From Gnetum montanum (lineage: Eukaryota; Plantae; Gnetophyta), in contig MNCI01000736.1 in the NCBI GenBank assembly GCA_015680685.1, positions 62,001 to 126,000 on the forward strand: a stretch of DNA of 64,000 bases. The letters are read 5' to 3'. The position numbers and the translations under genes are program-made. Positions within the stretch are counted from its first letter, which is position 1, and every line of letters begins with the position of its first letter. Of this stretch, positions 62,801 through 64,000 are shown one piece after another. The notes under the pieces are model-generated. The model was not told the origin of the DNA and made no database searches. It saw only the letters and a list, made by a program, of their open reading frames with translations.

Positions 62801-64000
62801 TGTTTTAGGTGCATTAGTTAATCTAAATGGCATCACAACAAATTCATATAATCCATATCTGGTTCTAAAAGAAATTTTCTCAATATCTTTCTTCTTAATT
62901 CTTATTTGGTGATAACCTGATTTTAAATCATCTTTGAGAAATAACATGCACCTGTAAGTTGATCAAATAAATCATTGATTCTAGGTAAAGTATAAGTATT
63001 TTTAATCATCACTTTATTCAATGCTCTATAATCGATGCATGATCTTAGTGTATCATCTTTCTTTTTATGAATAAAACTGGTGCACCCACCCCAAGGTGAT
63101 ACGCTAGGTCTAATTTTTCCTTCTTCCAATAATTGGTCTAATTGTAGCTTTAATTCTCTTAATTNTCCAAAATTGCATCAACATCACCTAGTTCAAATTC
63201 AAAATATTCATCAATGAAAGGCATGTTTTGAAAAGTAAAGTTAATTTCTCCATACCTAGAATTTTTGCTCATAGTTGTTCCATCTGCCAATTCTATCTTA
63301 ATAATTTTCTTGAAAGGTAAACTTGATTTCAATAAATTAATTAACTTTGGGAAAATAAAGTTATCACTGGTACCACTATTAATTAAAAATTTAATATGTT
63401 TATCTTTAATTGAACCTTCAAAAATTAGTAAAGCAAATTGAAATTTATGCAAACCTGATTTAGTCGATGTAGATATCTTCTTCACTGCTATGGTAGTGGT
63501 TGGATTTTCTCCTTTGTTCATGTGTGGGTTGGGTTTTTGATTTCTGATTTGGTTGGTCCTTTCAAAATTTTGTGTAATCTCATTTGAAATGCTCTTCACA
63601 ACAAATAAAACATCTAGATGCTAATTGAGTTTTTTTTTATTGGTGTCTCTTCTACCATTGCTTGTGGAAAAGTAGTTTGTTGAAGAGTTGTTTGTCATAT
63701 GATAACTCATATCTAATTTAATTCCTCATAATGCTTAGTAATTCTATATGCTTCATCAATGGTTTAAGGATTATGGGCTTATTTTTGGGGACATAATTGA
63801 GCATGTAGTCCTTCAATGAATTTTGAAGCTAATTCTCACTCATCTCAGTGGCTTACATATCGAGAGAGATCACAAAATTCCTTGTAGCAATCATCTATAG
63901 ATCATCTTCCCAACATTAAGGAATCAAATCTTATTTTTTTATTTTTGAGAAAAGAATCAAGAATGAATTTATGTTCAAAATATTGACAAAAATTAAGTCA
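59834..64000 (-). mobile_element. Chromovirus-type Ty3/gypsy element (3' LTR, pol and part of gag); continues past the window end
   Basis: 3' LTR 59834-60342; PPT AAGGGGGGTAGAT (minus strand) adjacent at 60343-60355; pol order AP-RT-RH-INT-chromodomain. Confidence 0.9.
60545..63600 (-). pseudogene. pol: Chromovirus pol relic with chromodomain
   Basis: AP FLINSGTSDNFI; [52 protein letters not shown]; INT MDFIVGLPKT, SITLDRDPKF, KLAPRFCGPFEI, IHPVF; chromodomain-like EVLIQWSNCDQQTWE at ~60585-60630. Confidence 0.92.

Overview
AT-rich eukaryotic DNA, almost certainly from a land plant, with several N gaps. It consists almost entirely of nested, decayed transposable elements; I found no intact host gene, RNA gene or CRISPR array. 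In order: (1) a relic DNA-transposase ORF with a GHTHEDID-type motif (Sola1-like; minus strand, ~8740-11570), interrupted by a pol-deleted Athila-like LTR element (1055-8736). The 3' LTR of that element carries a 511-bp copy of the element's own 5' flank. (2) A gag-only Sirevirus-like Ty1/copia element (17041-22823, TSD GAGGT) inside a ~335-bp tandem array, followed by a second satellite. (3) A decayed full-length Athila-like element (25911-~52824). Its 5' LTR is split by a non-autonomous Tat/Ogre-like element (26525-36802, TSD ACTTT). Its 3' LTR is split by a 4.8-kb LTR element (47945-52763) with no gag/pol that instead carries an intronless CCR4-type deadenylase pseudogene in sense orientation. 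(4) A Tat/Ogre RT-RNaseH relic, interrupted by a minus-strand chromovirus (59834 to the window end) whose LTR belongs to the same family as the CCR4-carrying element. The best candidate for a novel system is this chromovirus-derived LTR element that has transduced a CCR4 nuclease domain. All protein assignments come from reading motifs by eye across stops and frameshifts; no database search was run.
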